Positions 16,628 to 29,085 of a stretch of DNA of 41,880 nucleotides are shown here, piece by piece (position 1 is the stretch's first letter; each line of letters opens with the position of its first letter). The stretch covers positions 1 to 41,880 of the forward strand of contig CAKKRH010000030.1 of assembly GCA_919902675.1 (NCBI GenBank). The letters run 5' to 3'. The notes under the pieces were generated by a model. The model was not told where the DNA came from. It saw only the letters and a program-made list of their open reading frames with translations, and did not search any database. The stretch comes from Omnitrophica bacterium GWA2_41_15. GTDB taxonomy: Bacteria; Omnitrophota; Gorgyraeia; Gygaellales; UBA12090. A program made the translations under genes and the position numbers.

Positions 16628-19600
16628 ATGCCAGAACGTAAAAATTTCGCCAAAATCAAAGAAGTCTATAATATGCCGCATCTCTTGGATATCCAGCGTT
16701 TGTCTTACGCTGAATTTCTGCAGATGGAGGCATCTCCTTCACAGCGTAAGAATATCGGCCTACAGGAAGTTTTTAACGAGATTTTTCCTGTTGAAAGTTT
16801 TGACCGCCAGGTGCGCCTTGATTTTATCGGCTACAATTTAGGAAAACCAAAGTATGATGTGGATGAATGCCGCCGGCGTTCAATGAGTTATGCCGCTCCC
16901 CTGAAGGTCCGCTTCAAACTGGTCAGCCCCGGAGAAATTAAAGAGCAAGAGGCGTATTTCGGAGAAATTCCTCTTATGACCGATACCGGGACCTTTATTA
17001 TTAACGGCGATGAGAGGGTAGTGGTTTCCCAGCTTCAGCGTTCGCCGGGTGTTTCCTTTGAAGAGGAGATGCATCCTACCGGGAAAAAAATATTCCATGG
17101 CCGGGTAATCCCGTATCATGGGGCCTGGCTTGAGTTTAAGTATGATATCTCCGAAGTGATCCTGGCTTATGTGGACCATCGCCGTAATTTTCCGGTGACC
17201 CAGATTTTACGGATTATCGGCTATTCCTCCGATGAAGATATTTTAAACGCCTTTGGTTCAAAACCTTACCCGCAGATTCTCAATACCTTAAAAAAAGATT
17301 ATACTAAAAATAAAGAAGAAGCCTTAGCTGATTTCTACCGCAAGATGCGACCAGCTGAACCAATGACTCCTGAAGCGGCTGAAAATCTTTTTTATAGATT
17401 ATTTTTTGACCCCCGCCGCTATGATCTCTCCCGTGCCGGCAGGTTCATCTTAAACCGTAAACTCGGTATTGATATTTCTCTGGATAAGCGGGTACTTGAC
17501 GCCCCCACGGTAATTAAAGTAATCGAATACTTAATAAAATTAAGAGAAGGAGCCGGACAGATTGACGATATTGACCATTTAGGAAACAGGCGCATTAAGA
17601 GTGTCGGTGAACTGGTTCAAAACCAGGTGCGCATAGGTTTGACCCGTTTAGAAAAATCTATCCGGGAGCGCCTTGCGGTTTTGTCCGAATTCCATACCTT
17701 GAGCCTGCATCATTTGATAAATTCCAAACTTTTATCCAACCAGATCAAGGATTTCTTCGGACGTTCCCAGCTTTCTCAGTTTATGGATCAGGTGAATCCT
17801 TTGGCTGAGATGACCCATAAACGCAGGCTTTCCGCTCTTGGGCCGGGAGGCCTTTCCCGGGAAAGAGCGGGTTTTGAGGTCAGGGATATCCACTCTTCGC
17901 ATTACGGAAGGGTCTGTCCCGTAGAGACTCCCGAAGGACCGAATATCGGTTTAATCGCTTCACTAAGCACTTTTGCCCAGGTAAATGATTTAGGGCTGCT
18001 TGAGACTCCTTACCGTAAGGTTGAAGACGGTAAAGTTACCCGTAAGATTGAATATTTGACCGCTGATATTGAGGAGAATAAGCTTATTGCCCAGGCAAAC
18101 GCGGTTGTCGGCCCTGACGGCCATTTCCAGGAAAAAGGGGTTTCCTGCCGCCATAAGGGTGATTTTCCCAAGGCCGATCCCAAGAAGGTTGAATATATGG
18201 ATGTCAGCCCCAAACAGTTAGTTTCGGTGGCCGCCGCCTTAATACCGTTTTTGGAACATGATGATGCCAACCGCGCGCTGATGGGTTCAAATATGCAGAG
18301 GCAGGCCGTTCCCCTGATGATTACCGAATCTCCTTTTGTGGCTACTGATATGGAATATAAGGTGGCAATCGACTCCGGAGCGACGGTAGTGGCTAAGGAA
18401 GAAGGCAAGGTTAGCGCCTTTGACGGCTCAAGCATTACTGTAGGAAAGAATACTTATAAGCTGAAGAAATTTCAGCGCTCCAATGCCGATACCTGTATAA
18501 ATCAAAGGCCGCTGGTTAAATTAGGAGATAAGATAGAAAAAGGACAGGCTATTGCCGACGGAATGAGCACTGATAAGGGAGAGCTGGCTTTAGGCAAAAA
18601 TCTTTTGGTTGCCTTTATGCCCTGGCGCGGTTTTAATTTTGAGGACGCTATCCTTGTTTCTGAGAAAATTTCCAAAGAAGACATCTTTACCTCTATCCAT
18701 GTTGAAGAATTTCAGATTGAAGCAACTGAAACCCGCCTGGGGAATGAAGAGATTAGCCGGGATATTCCTAATGTTTCCGAAGAAAGCCTTAAAGACCTGG
18801 ATAAGGACGGAATTATCCGCGTTGGCGCGGAGGTGCACCCCGGCGCGATACTGGTGGGCAGGGTTACCCCTAAGACTGAATCCGAACTTTCCTCCGAAGA
18901 ACGGCTTTTAAGGGCGATATTCGGCGAGAAGGCCGGAGATGTCCGGGATACCTCATTGGTGGTCCCTCCGGGAGTGGAAGGCGTAGTAGTAGATATCCAT
19001 GTCTTCCAGCGTAAAGACAGAGGCAGGAAATCCAAGGAAGAAAAGAAACAGGAATTGGCCAAAATCCGCGAGATCAAGGCTTACTATAAACAGGAAATAG
19101 AATTTGTTGAAGAAGAAAAGATTCTTCGCCTGAGCAAGTTTCTGGGTGTGGATAGAAATAAATTAGACCGTATTGATTATAGAGCTAATGAAGAAGCGGC
19201 TGTCCTAACCGCTTCTTTTGAAGAACAGATTAAGGAATTATTAACTGAACAGGAACAGGAAATAGAAAAGGTCCACCGCGGCGATGAGCTCCCTCCGGGA
19301 GTTCTCAAGCGGGTAGTCGTGTATGTCGCCATTAAGAGAAAGCTGGCGGTAGGGGATAAGCTTGCCGGGCGCCACGGCAATAAAGGAGTGCTCGCCCGGA
19401 TACTTCCCGAAGAAGATATGCCATTTTTGGCGGACGGCACTCCGGTGGAAATAGTGCTCAATCCTTTGGGTGTGCCTTCGCGTATGAATGTAGGGCAGAT
19501 TTTAGAGACTCATTTAGGCTGGGCGGCTCATGCCTTGGGGATAAAAATCTCCAGTCCGGTCTTTGACGGCGCCGCCGAAAGCGAGATAAAAGATATGCTT

Positions 19601-20035
19601 AAAAAGGCCGGCCTTCCTGAAGACGGCAAAATTCAGCTATATGACGGTTATAACGGGCTTCCTTTTTCTCAGAAGGCAACCGTAGGTTATATTTATATGA
19701 TGAAATTGAACCATATGGTTGATGAAAAAATTCATGCCCGTTCAATAGGCCCATATTCTTTGGTTACTCAGCAGCCTTTAGGCGGAAAAGCCCAGTTCGG
19801 CGGACAGAGATTTGGTGAAATGGAAGTCTGGGCCCTGGAGGCCTATGGCGCGGCCTATGCCCTCCAGGAAATGCTTACGGTAAAGTCTGATGATGTCAAG
19901 GGCCGGACCCGTATTTATGAAAATATAGTAAAGGGTGAACAGAAGCTCGATTCCAGCACTCCAGAGTCTTTCAACGTTTTGATAAAAGAATTACAGGGTT
20001 TAGCTTTAGATATAAAAACTCAGATTACTAAGTAG
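16628..20035 (+). CDS. rpoB: DNA-directed RNA polymerase subunit beta
   Basis: [51 protein letters not shown]. Start placed at ATG 16628 (MPERKNF), 1135 aa. Confidence 0.99.
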   Translation: MPERKNFAKIKEVYNMPHLLDIQRLSYAEFLQMEASPSQRKNIGLQEVFNEIFPVESFDRQVRLDFIGYNLGKPKYDVDECRRRSMSYAAPLKVRFKLVSPGEIKEQEAYFGEIPLMTDTGTFIINGDERVVVSQLQRSPGVSFEEEMHPTGKKIFHGRVIPYHGAWLEFKYDISEVILAYVDHRRNFPVTQILRIIGYSSDEDILNAFGSKPYPQILNTLKKDYTKNKEEALADFYRKMRPAEPMTPEAAENLFYRLFFDPRRYDLSRAGRFILNRKLGIDISLDKRVLDAPTVIKVIEYLIKLREGAGQIDDIDHLGNRRIKSVGELVQNQVRIGLTRLEKSIRERLAVLSEFHTLSLHHLINSKLLSNQIKDFFGRSQLSQFMDQVNPLAEMTHKRRLSALGPGGLSRERAGFEVRDIHSSHYGRVCPVETPEGPNIGLIASLSTFAQVNDLGLLETPYRKVEDGKVTRKIEYLTADIEENKLIAQANAVVGPDGHFQEKGVSCRHKGDFPKADPKKVEYMDVSPKQLVSVAAALIPFLEHDDANRALMGSNMQRQAVPLMITESPFVATDMEYKVAIDSGATVVAKEEGKVSAFDGSSITVGKNTYKLKKFQRSNADTCINQRPLVKLGDKIEKGQAIADGMSTDKGELALGKNLLVAFMPWRGFNFEDAILVSEKISKEDIFTSIHVEEFQIEATETRLGNEEISRDIPNVSEESLKDLDKDGIIRVGAEVHPGAILVGRVTPKTESELSSEERLLRAIFGEKAGDVRDTSLVVPPGVEGVVVDIHVFQRKDRGRKSKEEKKQELAKIREIKAYYKQEIEFVEEEKILRLSKFLGVDRNKLDRIDYRANEEAAVLTASFEEQIKELLTEQEQEIEKVHRGDELPPGVLKRVVVYVAIKRKLAVGDKLAGRHGNKGVLARILPEEDMPFLADGTPVEIVLNPLGVPSRMNVGQILETHLGWAAHALGIKISSPVFDGAAESEIKDMLKKAGLPEDGKIQLYDGYNGLPFSQKATVGYIYMMKLNHMVDEKIHARSIGPYSLVTQQPLGGKAQFGGQRFGEMEVWALEAYGAAYALQEMLTVKSDDVKGRTRIYENIVKGEQKLDSSTPESFNVLIKELQGLALDIKTQITK

Positions 20036-20054
20036 TTAACCAGCAACCAATAAT

Positions 20055-20153
20055 CGCTGAACTACGCGGAGCAGTACGCAGAACTACGCACAACTTGTAT
20101 TGCGTGGTTCCGCGCAGAGTTCAGCGTTGTTCCGCGCCCGAGCGGAGCGAGGG
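20055..20153. repeat. Family D (CGCRGAACTA-type) imperfect palindrome plus CCCGAGCGGAGCGAGGG motif
   Basis: CGCTGAACT (20055-20063)/AGTTCAGCG (20118-20126); GAACTACGCA (20081-20090)/TGCGTGGTTC (20101-20110). Confidence 0.75.
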
Positions 20154-20156
20154 TAA

Positions 20157-23100
20157 ATGGCACAAGAAATAGTTAATTTTGATTCTATAACAATTAAAAT
20201 AGCTTCGCCCCAGGTAATCCACTCCTGGTCAAAGGGTGAGATTAGAAAGGCCGAGACTATAAATTATCGTACCCTTAAACCTGAGAAGGGTGGACTTTTT
20301 TGTGAAAAGATATTCGGCCCGGTAAAAGATTGGGAGTGCAACTGCGGAAAATATAAGGGGATAAAGTTTAAAGGTATCACCTGCGATAGATGCGGGGTAA
20401 CCATTGACCGCTCTTCGGTCAGGCGAGAGCGGATGGGCCATATTGAGCTGGCTTGCCCGGTTACCCATATTTGGTTCTTCAAGGCGGTCCCCAGCCGTTT
20501 ATCCGCCATATTAGGCTTAGGCTTAAGGGAGCTGGAGAAAGTAATCTATTATGAAGAATATGTGGTTATTGACCCTCAGGATACACCTTTAAAGAAAAGA
20601 GAATTGCTTAGTGAAGAAAAATACCAGGCCTGTTTAGAGAAATACGGCGCTAGTTTTAAGGCCAAGATCGGCGCGGAGGCAATCCGGGATATGCTTAAAG
20701 AGGCTGACCTTGATGAGCTTTGCGCCAAGATGCGTAAGAGTTTAGACAAAGGCAAGGACACCCCTTCCAACCGCAAGACTGTAAAGATTCTTAAATTAGT
20801 TGAGGATATAAAAAACTCCGGCAATAAGGCGGAGTGGATGGTTTTAGAAGTCCTTCCGGTGATCCCTCCGGATCTGCGTCCTCTAGTTCCTCTAGATGGC
20901 GGAAGATTTGCCACTTCTGATTTGAATGATCTATATCGCAGGGTGATTAACCGCAATAACCGCCTCAAGAAATTAATGGAATTGAATGCCCCGGAGATAA
21001 TCATCCGTAATGAAAAGAGAATGCTTCAGGAGGCAGTGGACGCCCTTTTGGATAATGGAAGGCACGGCCGGGCGGTTATGGGGGCGAGCAGCCGGCCCTT
21101 AAAGTCGTTATCGGATATGCTTAAAGGAAAACAAGGACGTTTCCGTCAGAATCTCCTGGGAAAGCGGGTAGATTATTCCGGGAGATCGGTAATTGTGGTC
21201 GGGCCGGAGTTGAAGATGAATGAGTGCGGCCTGCCTAAACAGATGGCCCTAGAGCTCTTTGAGCCGTTTATCATCAAGAAACTCCGGGAAAAGGGATTTG
21301 TTCACAGTATTAAAGGCGCTAAAAGGATGGTGGAAAGAGCCAAGATTGAGGTCTGGGACATCTTAGATGAGGTGATCAAAGACCATCCGGTGATGTTAAA
21401 TCGCGCTCCTACTTTGCACCGTTTAAGTATTCAGGCCTTTCAGCCGGTTCTTATTGAAGGAAAAGCCATTAAGATACATCCTTTGGTCTGCACCGCTTTT
21501 AACGCGGATTTTGACGGCGATCAGATGGCTGTGCATGTGCCGCTGTCATTAGAGGCCCAGGCTGAGACTAAACTGTTGATGCTTTCGGTAAACAATGTAT
21601 TCTCCCCAGCTGACGGGCGCCCGATTATCAGCCCTACCCAGGATATTGTTTTGGGCTGTTGTTACCTGACCAAGGAAAAGCCTCATGCCAAAGGTGAAGG
21701 AAAGATATTCTCTTCTTGTGATGAGGTTTTGACGGCTCACAGTGATGACGCCGTAGATTTAAATGCCAAGATAAAGGTGAGAATCAGCTCGGTGTTTGAT
21801 TTAGCTCAAACTCAATTGATTGAAGAAAAACAGATAATCGAGACTACGGTGGGAAGGGTTATATTTAACAATACTCTGCCTGAAGGTTTTGGTTTTATTA
21901 ATTTGGAAATGAATAAGAGCCGCATAGGGCAGGTGGTGGCCGACTGTTACAAAAGATTCGGCCATATGGAAACAATCAGGCTTTTAGACAGGCTTAAGAC
22001 ATTAGGTTTTGAATACGCGACACTAGGCGGAATGTCTATTTCCATTGATGATTTGAAAGTCCCCCAGGCAAAAGGCGAAATCCTGAAAGAGGTTATGCAG
22101 GAAGTAGCCAAGGTTGAAGGGCAATACCGTAAAGGCATCATTACCGACGGCGAGAGATACAATAAAGTTATCGATATCTGGACTCATACTACCGATAGGA
22201 TTTCCGAACTTCTTTTTAAGGAAATGGAACAGTTTAATCCTATATTCATGATGGCTGATTCCGGGGCCAGAGGCTCGCGCCTGCAGATCAGACAGTTGGC
22301 CGGGATGCGCGGGCTTATGGCCAAACCATCGGGTGAAATTATCGAGAATCCGATAACCGCTAATTTCCGCGAAGGATTAACCGTCCTGGAATATTTTATT
22401 TCAACCCATGGAGCCAGAAAAGGGCTGGCGGATACGGCCCTGAAGACCGCTGATGCAGGTTATCTCACCCGTAGGCTGGTGGATGTGGCTCAGGAAGTCA
22501 TTATAAATGAGATAGATTGCGGCACCCTTAACGGAATAACTCTTGCTTCGATTTCTGAGGGTGATGATATGGTGGTTTCCTTGAAGGATCGCATCACCGG
22601 AAGAACGGCTTTGGATAACGTGGTGGATATCATTACTGACGAGACTGTGGTGGATGCAGGAAGCGAGGTTACCGAAGAAAAGGCGGATATGATTGAGCGC
22701 TTAGGCATTGAAAAAATTCGTATCCGCAGCGTCTTGACCTGCGAGTCTGAGCGTGGAGTCTGCGCCAAATGTTACGGCAGGAGTCTGGCTACCGGAAGGC
22801 TGGTTGAAATAGGTGAGGCGGTGGGAGTAATTGCCGCTCAAAGTATCGGCGAGCCGGGAACCCAGCTAACCATGAGGACTTTTCATATCGGAGGGACAGC
22901 GTCGCGCGTGGTAGAGCAATCTTCGCTGAAAGCCAAAAATAAAGGTAATGTCAAGTATCATAATTTAAGGGTGGTCCATAAAGATAAGGAATTTATAGTC
23001 TTAAACCGTAACGGCGCGATAAGTGTTAATAATGAGCAAGGCAGGGAACTGGAGAGGTATTCCATACCGCAGGGCGCGTTTATCAGCATTGCCGAGGGTA

Positions 23101-24206
23101 AAGAAACAAATAAGGGAGAGGTTTTTGTCCGTTGGGACCCTTACACTTCACCGATACTTACCGAAGTAAAAGGCAGGGCTAAATTTGAGGATATGCAGGA
23201 AGGCAAGACTATGCGCGAGGAACTTAATCCGGTTACCGGAGTTACCGAGCGCGTGGTAGTCGAGCATAAGGCTGAATATCATCCTCAGATCATCATTCTT
23301 GATTCCAAGGATGAGGTTTTAGGCATATATCCTTTGCCGATAGGCGCGCATATTATGGTTAAGGACGGCGAGACCGCCGAGGCGGGTGAGTTGGTGGCCA
23401 AGATTCCCCGGGTTTCCGGAAAGACGCGCGATATCACCGGAGGTTTGCCCCGGGTAGCGGAGTTGTTTGAAGCCCGTAGGCCTAAGGATCCGGCGGTAAT
23501 CAGCGAAATAGACGGTTTTGTGGAATTTAGCGAGAGCAAGAAAAATCAAAGAGAGATTGTGGTGAGAAGCTCAACCGGGATGAAGCGCGAATACGCTATC
23601 CCCCACGGCAAACATCCTAATGTGTACAAGGGCGACCGGGTCAACGCCGGCCAGCAGCTCACCGATGGGCCGGTGGTTTTGCAGGATATATTGCGGGTTT
23701 CCGGAGACAAAGTTTTGCAGGAATATTTAGTTAATGAAATTCAGGAGGTCTACCGCCTTCAGGGTGTGCGTATCAACGACAAACATATAGAAGTAATTAT
23801 CCGGCAGATGTTAAAGAAGGTGCGCATAGAAGACGCGGGAGACACGGATTTTCTCTCCGGCCAGCATATAGATAAAATTAAGTTTCAGAAGGAAAATTCC
23901 CGGGTGGTTAAGAAGGGCGGAAAGTCGGCTTCGGCAACTCCGCTTCTTTTAGGAATTACCAAGGCTTCGCTGACTACCGAAAGTTTTATTTCAGCAGCTA
24001 GTTTTCAGGAGACTACCCGGGTGCTTACTGAGGCGGCGGCTTCCGGTAAGAAGGATGATCTTCTGGGCTTGAAAGAGAATGTCATCGTCGGTCATCTTAT
24101 CCCCGCGGGGACCGGTTTAAAGATACACCAGAATATTGAAGTGGTTAGGGAAGCCTCTGGCGGGCCTAAGGCGGTAAAGGAAGAGCTTTCCGCGGCGGCA
24201 GCTTAA
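20157..24206 (+). CDS. rpoC: DNA-directed RNA polymerase subunit beta'
   Basis: [25 protein letters not shown] zinc finger, [23 protein letters not shown]. Confidence 0.99.
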   Translation: MAQEIVNFDSITIKIASPQVIHSWSKGEIRKAETINYRTLKPEKGGLFCEKIFGPVKDWECNCGKYKGIKFKGITCDRCGVTIDRSSVRRERMGHIELACPVTHIWFFKAVPSRLSAILGLGLRELEKVIYYEEYVVIDPQDTPLKKRELLSEEKYQACLEKYGASFKAKIGAEAIRDMLKEADLDELCAKMRKSLDKGKDTPSNRKTVKILKLVEDIKNSGNKAEWMVLEVLPVIPPDLRPLVPLDGGRFATSDLNDLYRRVINRNNRLKKLMELNAPEIIIRNEKRMLQEAVDALLDNGRHGRAVMGASSRPLKSLSDMLKGKQGRFRQNLLGKRVDYSGRSVIVVGPELKMNECGLPKQMALELFEPFIIKKLREKGFVHSIKGAKRMVERAKIEVWDILDEVIKDHPVMLNRAPTLHRLSIQAFQPVLIEGKAIKIHPLVCTAFNADFDGDQMAVHVPLSLEAQAETKLLMLSVNNVFSPADGRPIISPTQDIVLGCCYLTKEKPHAKGEGKIFSSCDEVLTAHSDDAVDLNAKIKVRISSVFDLAQTQLIEEKQIIETTVGRVIFNNTLPEGFGFINLEMNKSRIGQVVADCYKRFGHMETIRLLDRLKTLGFEYATLGGMSISIDDLKVPQAKGEILKEVMQEVAKVEGQYRKGIITDGERYNKVIDIWTHTTDRISELLFKEMEQFNPIFMMADSGARGSRLQIRQLAGMRGLMAKPSGEIIENPITANFREGLTVLEYFISTHGARKGLADTALKTADAGYLTRRLVDVAQEVIINEIDCGTLNGITLASISEGDDMVVSLKDRITGRTALDNVVDIITDETVVDAGSEVTEEKADMIERLGIEKIRIRSVLTCESERGVCAKCYGRSLATGRLVEIGEAVGVIAAQSIGEPGTQLTMRTFHIGGTASRVVEQSSLKAKNKGNVKYHNLRVVHKDKEFIVLNRNGAISVNNEQGRELERYSIPQGAFISIAEGKETNKGEVFVRWDPYTSPILTEVKGRAKFEDMQEGKTMREELNPVTGVTERVVVEHKAEYHPQIIILDSKDEVLGIYPLPIGAHIMVKDGETAEAGELVAKIPRVSGKTRDITGGLPRVAELFEARRPKDPAVISEIDGFVEFSESKKNQREIVVRSSTGMKREYAIPHGKHPNVYKGDRVNAGQQLTDGPVVLQDILRVSGDKVLQEYLVNEIQEVYRLQGVRINDKHIEVIIRQMLKKVRIEDAGDTDFLSGQHIDKIKFQKENSRVVKKGGKSASATPLLLGITKASLTTESFISAASFQETTRVLTEAAASGKKDDLLGLKENVIVGHLIPAGTGLKIHQNIEVVREASGGPKAVKEELSAAAA

Positions 24207-24239
24207 TAGCGAGTATCGAATAACGAAGAAGGATAGAAA

Positions 24240-24641
24240 ATGCCAACAATTTCTCAGCTTATCAGGCTTGGACGGATAAAAAAAGCAAAAAAATCTAAAT
24301 CGCCGGCGCTTAAAAATTGCCCTCAGCGAAGAGGAGTGTGCCTTCAGGTGAAGACCATGACTCCTAAGAAACCCAATTCAGCATTACGTAAGATTGCCAG
24401 GACCCGTCTCACCACCGGTATAGAGGTTACTTCTTATATTCCCGGGGAAGGACATAATTTACAGGAACATTCCATAGTCTTGGTCAGGGGCGGAAGGGTT
24501 AAGGATTTACCCGGAGTAAGGTATCATATTGTTCGGGGCACCCTGGATACCGCCGGTGTGCAAAACAGGAGAAAATCACGCTCAAAATACGGAGCCAAGA
24601 GACCTAAAGAGGCCGCCCAGGGAGCTGGTAAAACTAAATAA
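24240..24641 (+). CDS. rpsL: 30S ribosomal protein S12
   Basis: [23 protein letters not shown]. Confidence 0.99.
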   Translation: MPTISQLIRLGRIKKAKKSKSPALKNCPQRRGVCLQVKTMTPKKPNSALRKIARTRLTTGIEVTSYIPGEGHNLQEHSIVLVRGGRVKDLPGVRYHIVRGTLDTAGVQNRRKSRSKYGAKRPKEAAQGAGKTK

Positions 24642-24646
24642 TTTTT

Positions 24647-24707
24647 TTGAGTTGCTCGAGTTATCGAATTAAATCCGAAAATAACTCAACAAACTCGTAT
24701 GAATCGA
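24647..24707. repeat. Family C 9-mer palindrome
   Basis: TTGAGTTGC TCGAGTTA TCGAATTA AATCCGAAAAT AACTCAACA AACTCGTAT GAATCGA. Confidence 0.75.
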
Positions 24708-24713
24708 GGATAG

Positions 24714-25184
24714 ATGAGAAGAAGAAAAGCGCCAGAAAGAGAAGTTCGTTTAGACCCCAAGTATAACAGCAAGACCGTTACCAAATTTATCAATATGGTA
24801 ATGAACAGGGGCAAAAAATCGATTGCCGAGAGAATAGTTTACGGCGCCTTTGAGATAATGAGGCTAAAGCTTAATGACCAGGACGCGCTTAAGCTCTTTC
24901 ATAAGGCCATTGATAACGTCAGGCCGCGTCTGGAAGTAAAGCCGCGCCGGGTGGGTGGAGCCACCTACCAGGTTCCTATTGAGGTGCGTCAAGACAGAGG
25001 GACATCAATATCAATGCGCTGGTTAAGGGACTTTGCCAGAAATAAAAAAGGTAAGGCCATGATTGACAGGCTTGCTGATGAGTTGATTTCAGCTTATAAG
25101 GGTGAAGGTTCGGCGATAAAAAAGCGTGATGATATGCATAAGATGGCAGAGTCTAATAAGGCTTACGCTCATTTCCGCTGGTAG
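24714..25184 (+). CDS. rpsG: 30S ribosomal protein S7
   Basis: [27 protein letters not shown]. Confidence 0.99.
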   Translation: MRRRKAPEREVRLDPKYNSKTVTKFINMVMNRGKKSIAERIVYGAFEIMRLKLNDQDALKLFHKAIDNVRPRLEVKPRRVGGATYQVPIEVRQDRGTSISMRWLRDFARNKKGKAMIDRLADELISAYKGEGSAIKKRDDMHKMAESNKAYAHFRW

Positions 25185-25188
25185 AAAA

Positions 25189-27285
25189 ATGCAAAGACAA
25201 TTTACTTTAGATAAAATAAGAAATATTGGGATAGTAGCCCATATAGATGCCGGTAAAACCACAACCACCGAACGTATTCTTTTTTATACCGGCAGGACCT
25301 ATAAAATCGGCGAGGTCCATGAAGGGACCGCGATTATGGATTGGATGCCTCAGGAGCAGGAGCGCGGCATTACCATTACCTCGGCTTGCACTACTTGTTT
25401 TTGGCAGGATTGTCGAATTAACATTATTGATACCCCTGGGCATGTGGATTTTACTATTGAGGTTGAAAGATCTTTAAAGGTTTTAGACGGGGCAGTAGTC
25501 TTATTTGACGGAGTAAACGGGGTTGAGCCGCAATCTGAAACAGTCTGGCGTCAGGCGGATAGATACGGCGTGCCGCGGATATGCTTTGTGAATAAAATGG
25601 ACCGGCCCGGTTCAAGCGTGAGCGAAACAGTAAAACATATACATGATCGCTTGGGGGCGAATGCCGCGGCAGTGCAGATTCCTTATGGCATCGAAGATAA
25701 CCTCAAGGGAATGGTGGATATAATTGAGGATAAGCTTTATCTCTACGATGATCAGACGGGCAAAGGGTATAGCGCGGTAGATGTGCCTGAGGAATTGAAG
25801 ATAGCCGTAAAAGAGGCCCAGGGTAAATTGATAGAGCATCTGGCGGAAGCCGACGAAGAAATAATGCGGTATTATGTGGAGAATAAGTATCCCGCGAAAG
25901 ATATAATTAAGAAGGCCATCCGTAGGCAGGTTATCAATAATGCTTTTGTTCCTGTATTTTGCGGCGCTTCTTTTAAAAATAAAGGCGTTCAGCCTTTATT
26001 AGACGCGGTGTGCGCTTATTTACCGGCTCCCTCGGATCGGGTGAATATCAAAGGTATAGATCCGGCAACAGACCAATACGAAGAGCGCTTAGTCAGCGAT
26101 GACGCTCCTTTCTGTGGTTTTTCTTTTAAGGTTGCTTCCGACCCCTATGTGGGTAAGCTTAATTTTGTGCGGGTTTATTCCGGGATGCTAAAGGCCGGAA
26201 CCTATATCTATAATTCCAGCAAGCGGGAAAGAGAAAGAGTAACAAAAATAGTTTTAATGCACGCCAATAAGCAGGAAATTGTAGATAGTGTGGCAACCGG
26301 AGACATCTGCGCCCTGGTAGGACTTAAAGACACCAAGACCGGAGATACCCTTTGTGATGAAAAGGACCAGATAGTACTGGAAGCGATGCATTTTCCTGAG
26401 CCGGTTATTTCTCAGGCGGTTGAGCCAAAAACCAAATCCGATCAGGAAAAGATGGGTATGGCCTTAAGGAAGCTGATGGATGAGGATCCGTCTCTGAAGG
26501 TCAAGTATAATCATGAAACAGGTCAAACCATAATGTCGGGGATGGGGCAATTGCACCTGGATATAATTATAGACAGGATGCAGAGGGAATTCAACGTGCT
26601 GGCCATGGTGGGACAGCCCCAGGTTGCCTATAAAGAAACCCTGACCAAGAAGATTATTTCAACCGGTAAGTTTGTTCAGCAGTCGGGAGGCCGCGGGCAA
26701 TACGGACATTGTGTTTTAGAGATGCAGCCGCATGAAACTCCCGGGGCAGGGGTAACTTTTGAAGATAAGCTTAAGGGCGGAGTAATCCCTCGGGAATATA
26801 TTCCAGCAGTCAGGAATGGAGTTATGGCCAGCGCCAAGAGCGGGATTTTAGCCGGCTATCCGGTTACGGATGTGGCGGTTACTTTAATTGACGGCTCATA
26901 TCATGATGTGGATTCTTCAGAGCTATCCTTTCAGATGGCCGGATCTATCGCCTTCAGTGACGGCATGAGGCAGGCTTCTTCTATTTTGCTGGAGCCGATT
27001 ATGGATATGGAGGTTATCGTTCCGGAAGAATTTATGGGCACTATTATTGGCGACTTGAATTCACGCCGGGCAAAAATAGTTTCTTTGGGTCAGCGTGCCA
27101 ATGCCAGAATTATCAGGTGCACCGTTCCTTTGGCGGAGATATTTAATTATGCCACCATTATCCGCTCTATGACCCAGGGGAGAGCGAGTTATTCAATGGA
27201 GCCCTCCTTTTATCACGAGGTGCCTTCACATATAGCGCAGAAGATAACTGAAAGAGGTACCGCTGTCCAGAGGTTCGGTGTATAA
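25189..27285 (+). CDS. fusA: Elongation factor G
   Basis: [37 protein letters not shown]. Start at ATG 25189, after the rpsG stop. Confidence 0.99.
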   Translation: MQRQFTLDKIRNIGIVAHIDAGKTTTTERILFYTGRTYKIGEVHEGTAIMDWMPQEQERGITITSACTTCFWQDCRINIIDTPGHVDFTIEVERSLKVLDGAVVLFDGVNGVEPQSETVWRQADRYGVPRICFVNKMDRPGSSVSETVKHIHDRLGANAAAVQIPYGIEDNLKGMVDIIEDKLYLYDDQTGKGYSAVDVPEELKIAVKEAQGKLIEHLAEADEEIMRYYVENKYPAKDIIKKAIRRQVINNAFVPVFCGASFKNKGVQPLLDAVCAYLPAPSDRVNIKGIDPATDQYEERLVSDDAPFCGFSFKVASDPYVGKLNFVRVYSGMLKAGTYIYNSSKRERERVTKIVLMHANKQEIVDSVATGDICALVGLKDTKTGDTLCDEKDQIVLEAMHFPEPVISQAVEPKTKSDQEKMGMALRKLMDEDPSLKVKYNHETGQTIMSGMGQLHLDIIIDRMQREFNVLAMVGQPQVAYKETLTKKIISTGKFVQQSGGRGQYGHCVLEMQPHETPGAGVTFEDKLKGGVIPREYIPAVRNGVMASAKSGILAGYPVTDVAVTLIDGSYHDVDSSELSFQMAGSIAFSDGMRQASSILLEPIMDMEVIVPEEFMGTIIGDLNSRRAKIVSLGQRANARIIRCTVPLAEIFNYATIIRSMTQGRASYSMEPSFYHEVPSHIAQKITERGTAVQRFGV

Positions 27286-27296
27286 GCAAAATAACT

Positions 27297-27339
27297 CTAC
27301 CTGCTTTAGATGAGCAGGCCTGTCTACTAAAGCAGGTAG
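27297..27339. repeat. 13-bp perfect inverted repeat between fusA and tuf
   Basis: CTACCTGCTTTAG (27297-27309) / CTAAAGCAGGTAG (27327-27339); no U-tract. Confidence 0.7.
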
Positions 27340-27400
27340 GTTCCAGGCTCTAAGTGTGTGATTTGCTTATCGGTATTCATAATTACGAAAGGAGTTGAAT

Positions 27401-28603
27401 ATGGCTAAAGAAAAATTTGTAAGATCAAAACCGCATGTAAATGTCGGAACCATCGGTCATGTAGACCACGGGAAAACCACTCTCACTTCAGCAATTACTT
27501 GTGTGTTACATAAAAAAGGTTTTGCCGAGGCCAGGGCCTACGACAGTATTGATAACGCTCCCGAGGAAAGGGAGAGAGGGGTTACTATTAATATCTCCCA
27601 TGTGGAGTATCAAACCGACGAGCGCCATTATGCTCATATTGATTGTCCCGGCCACGCCGATTTTATTAAAAATATGATTACCGGAGCGGCCCAGATGGAT
27701 GGGGCGATATTGGTGGTTTCCGCGGCTGACGGCCCGATGCCCCAGACCAGGGAGCATATCTTATTGGCCCGTCAGGTGAATGTCCCGGCAATGGTAGTGT
27801 TTTTAAATAAGGTGGATATGGTCGAGGACAAGGAGTTGATTGATTTGGTTGAGATGGAGGTCAGGGATTTGCTTACCAAATACAATTTTCCCGGAGACAA
27901 AACTCCAATCATCAAAGGCTCGGGGTTAAACGCGATGAATTGCGCCTGCGCCAAGGATGATTGCCCTAATTGTAAGCCGATATTTGAATTGATGAAGGCC
28001 GTGGATTCCTTTATTCCGCTTCCCAAGAGAGACCTGGATAAGCCGTTCTTGATGGCGGTTGAAGATGTGTTCTCTATTGAAGGCCGCGGCACAGTCGGTA
28101 CCGGGAGAATAGAGCGTGGCAAGGTTAAGCTTAACGAGAGCGTGGATATCGTGGGCTTGAGGCCTGAGATAGGCAAAACCGTAGTTACCGGAATTGAGAT
28201 GTTCCGTAAGCTTTTGGATGAGGGTATGGCCGGAGATAATGTCGGGCTTCTCTTAAGAGGCGTTGATAAACAAACCTTAGAGAGAGGGATGGTTTTGGCG
28301 GCTCCGGGTTCAATTACTCCTCATACTAAATTCAAGGCCCAGATTTATATTTTGTCTAAGGAAGAAGGCGGAAGGCATACCCCGTTTTTTAAAGGATACC
28401 GGCCCCAGTTTTATTTTCGGACAACAGACGTTACCGGGGATTGTCATCTTCCAGAAGGCGTGGAAATGGTCATGCCCGGGGATAATATTCAGCTTGAGGT
28501 AGAACTGATAATACCGATTGCCATGGAAAAAGAATCCCGTTTTGCCATACGTGAGGGCGGACATACCGTCGGAGCGGGAGTTGTTTCTGAGATTATAAAG
28601 TAA
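27401..28603 (+). CDS. tuf: Elongation factor Tu
   Basis: [44 protein letters not shown] before ATG 27401. Confidence 0.99.
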   Translation: MAKEKFVRSKPHVNVGTIGHVDHGKTTLTSAITCVLHKKGFAEARAYDSIDNAPEERERGVTINISHVEYQTDERHYAHIDCPGHADFIKNMITGAAQMDGAILVVSAADGPMPQTREHILLARQVNVPAMVVFLNKVDMVEDKELIDLVEMEVRDLLTKYNFPGDKTPIIKGSGLNAMNCACAKDDCPNCKPIFELMKAVDSFIPLPKRDLDKPFLMAVEDVFSIEGRGTVGTGRIERGKVKLNESVDIVGLRPEIGKTVVTGIEMFRKLLDEGMAGDNVGLLLRGVDKQTLERGMVLAAPGSITPHTKFKAQIYILSKEEGGRHTPFFKGYRPQFYFRTTDVTGDCHLPEGVEMVMPGDNIQLEVELIIPIAMEKESRFAIREGGHTVGAGVVSEIIK

Positions 28604-28605
28604 AA

Positions 28606-28697
28606 CGCGCGATTTCGCGCTAATTTTTATTCGCGAATATTCTTGCCTGTTTGTCAGGCTGGATGCGGGTATGATTCGCGAGAATTCGCGCCTAAAA
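28606..28697. repeat. ATTCGCG-rich repeat region between tuf and rpsJ
   Basis: CGCGATTTCGCG, ATTCGCGAAT, ATTCGCGAGAATTCGCG; inner GCCTG-TTTGT-CAGGC hairpin; AATTCGCGCCTAAAA (28683-28697) identical to 13183-13197. Confidence 0.6.
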
Positions 28698-28705
28698 AAA
28701 AGAGA

Positions 28706-29005
28706 ATGCAAAAAATTCGTATAAAACTGAAGGCCTACGATCACCGCGTATTAGATCAGGCAGTGGCAGAGATAGTGGAAACCGGCAAGAGAACAGGGGC
28801 AAAGGTTTCCGGGCCCATCCCTCTTCCGGTTAAGCGTGAGATCTACACGGTGAATCGTTCGCCGGTCATTGATAAAAAATCCAGGGAACAGTTTTATTTA
28901 ATTACCCATAAGCGTCTTATGGAATTGAATGAGCCTACTGCCAAGACAATCGATGCTCTTCGCAAGCTCAATCTTCCGGCAGGCGTAGATGTGGAAATAA
29001 AATAA
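28706..29005 (+). CDS. rpsJ: 30S ribosomal protein S10
   Basis: [38 protein letters not shown]. Start at ATG 28706. Confidence 0.98.
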   Translation: MQKIRIKLKAYDHRVLDQAVAEIVETGKRTGAKVSGPIPLPVKREIYTVNRSPVIDKKSREQFYLITHKRLMELNEPTAKTIDALRKLNLPAGVDVEIK

Positions 29006-29077
29006 ACGCGGAACTTTCGCGGAACTACGCATAACCTATATTACGTTATTGCGCGTAAAGTTCTGCATAGTTGAGCG
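29006..29077. repeat. Family D imperfect palindrome
   Basis: CGCGGAACTTT CGCGGAACTA CGCATAAC ... GTTATTGCG CGTAAAGTTCTGC ATAGTTGAGCG. Confidence 0.7.
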
Positions 29078-29085
29078 AGAATAAA

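Noticed and set aside
17750-17850. RpoB rifampicin-region differences ([14 protein letters not shown])
   Set aside because: The core Q, D, H, R and S contact residues of cluster I are retained. The differences look like lineage variation, so no resistance claim is supported.
6473-29085. Extended N-termini in the ORF track (6473, 9549, 15538, 16580, 25126, 27395, 28643, 29071)
   Set aside because: The extensions use TTG/GTG starts inside repeats or overlap upstream genes. Family homology begins at the downstream ATG, which I used.
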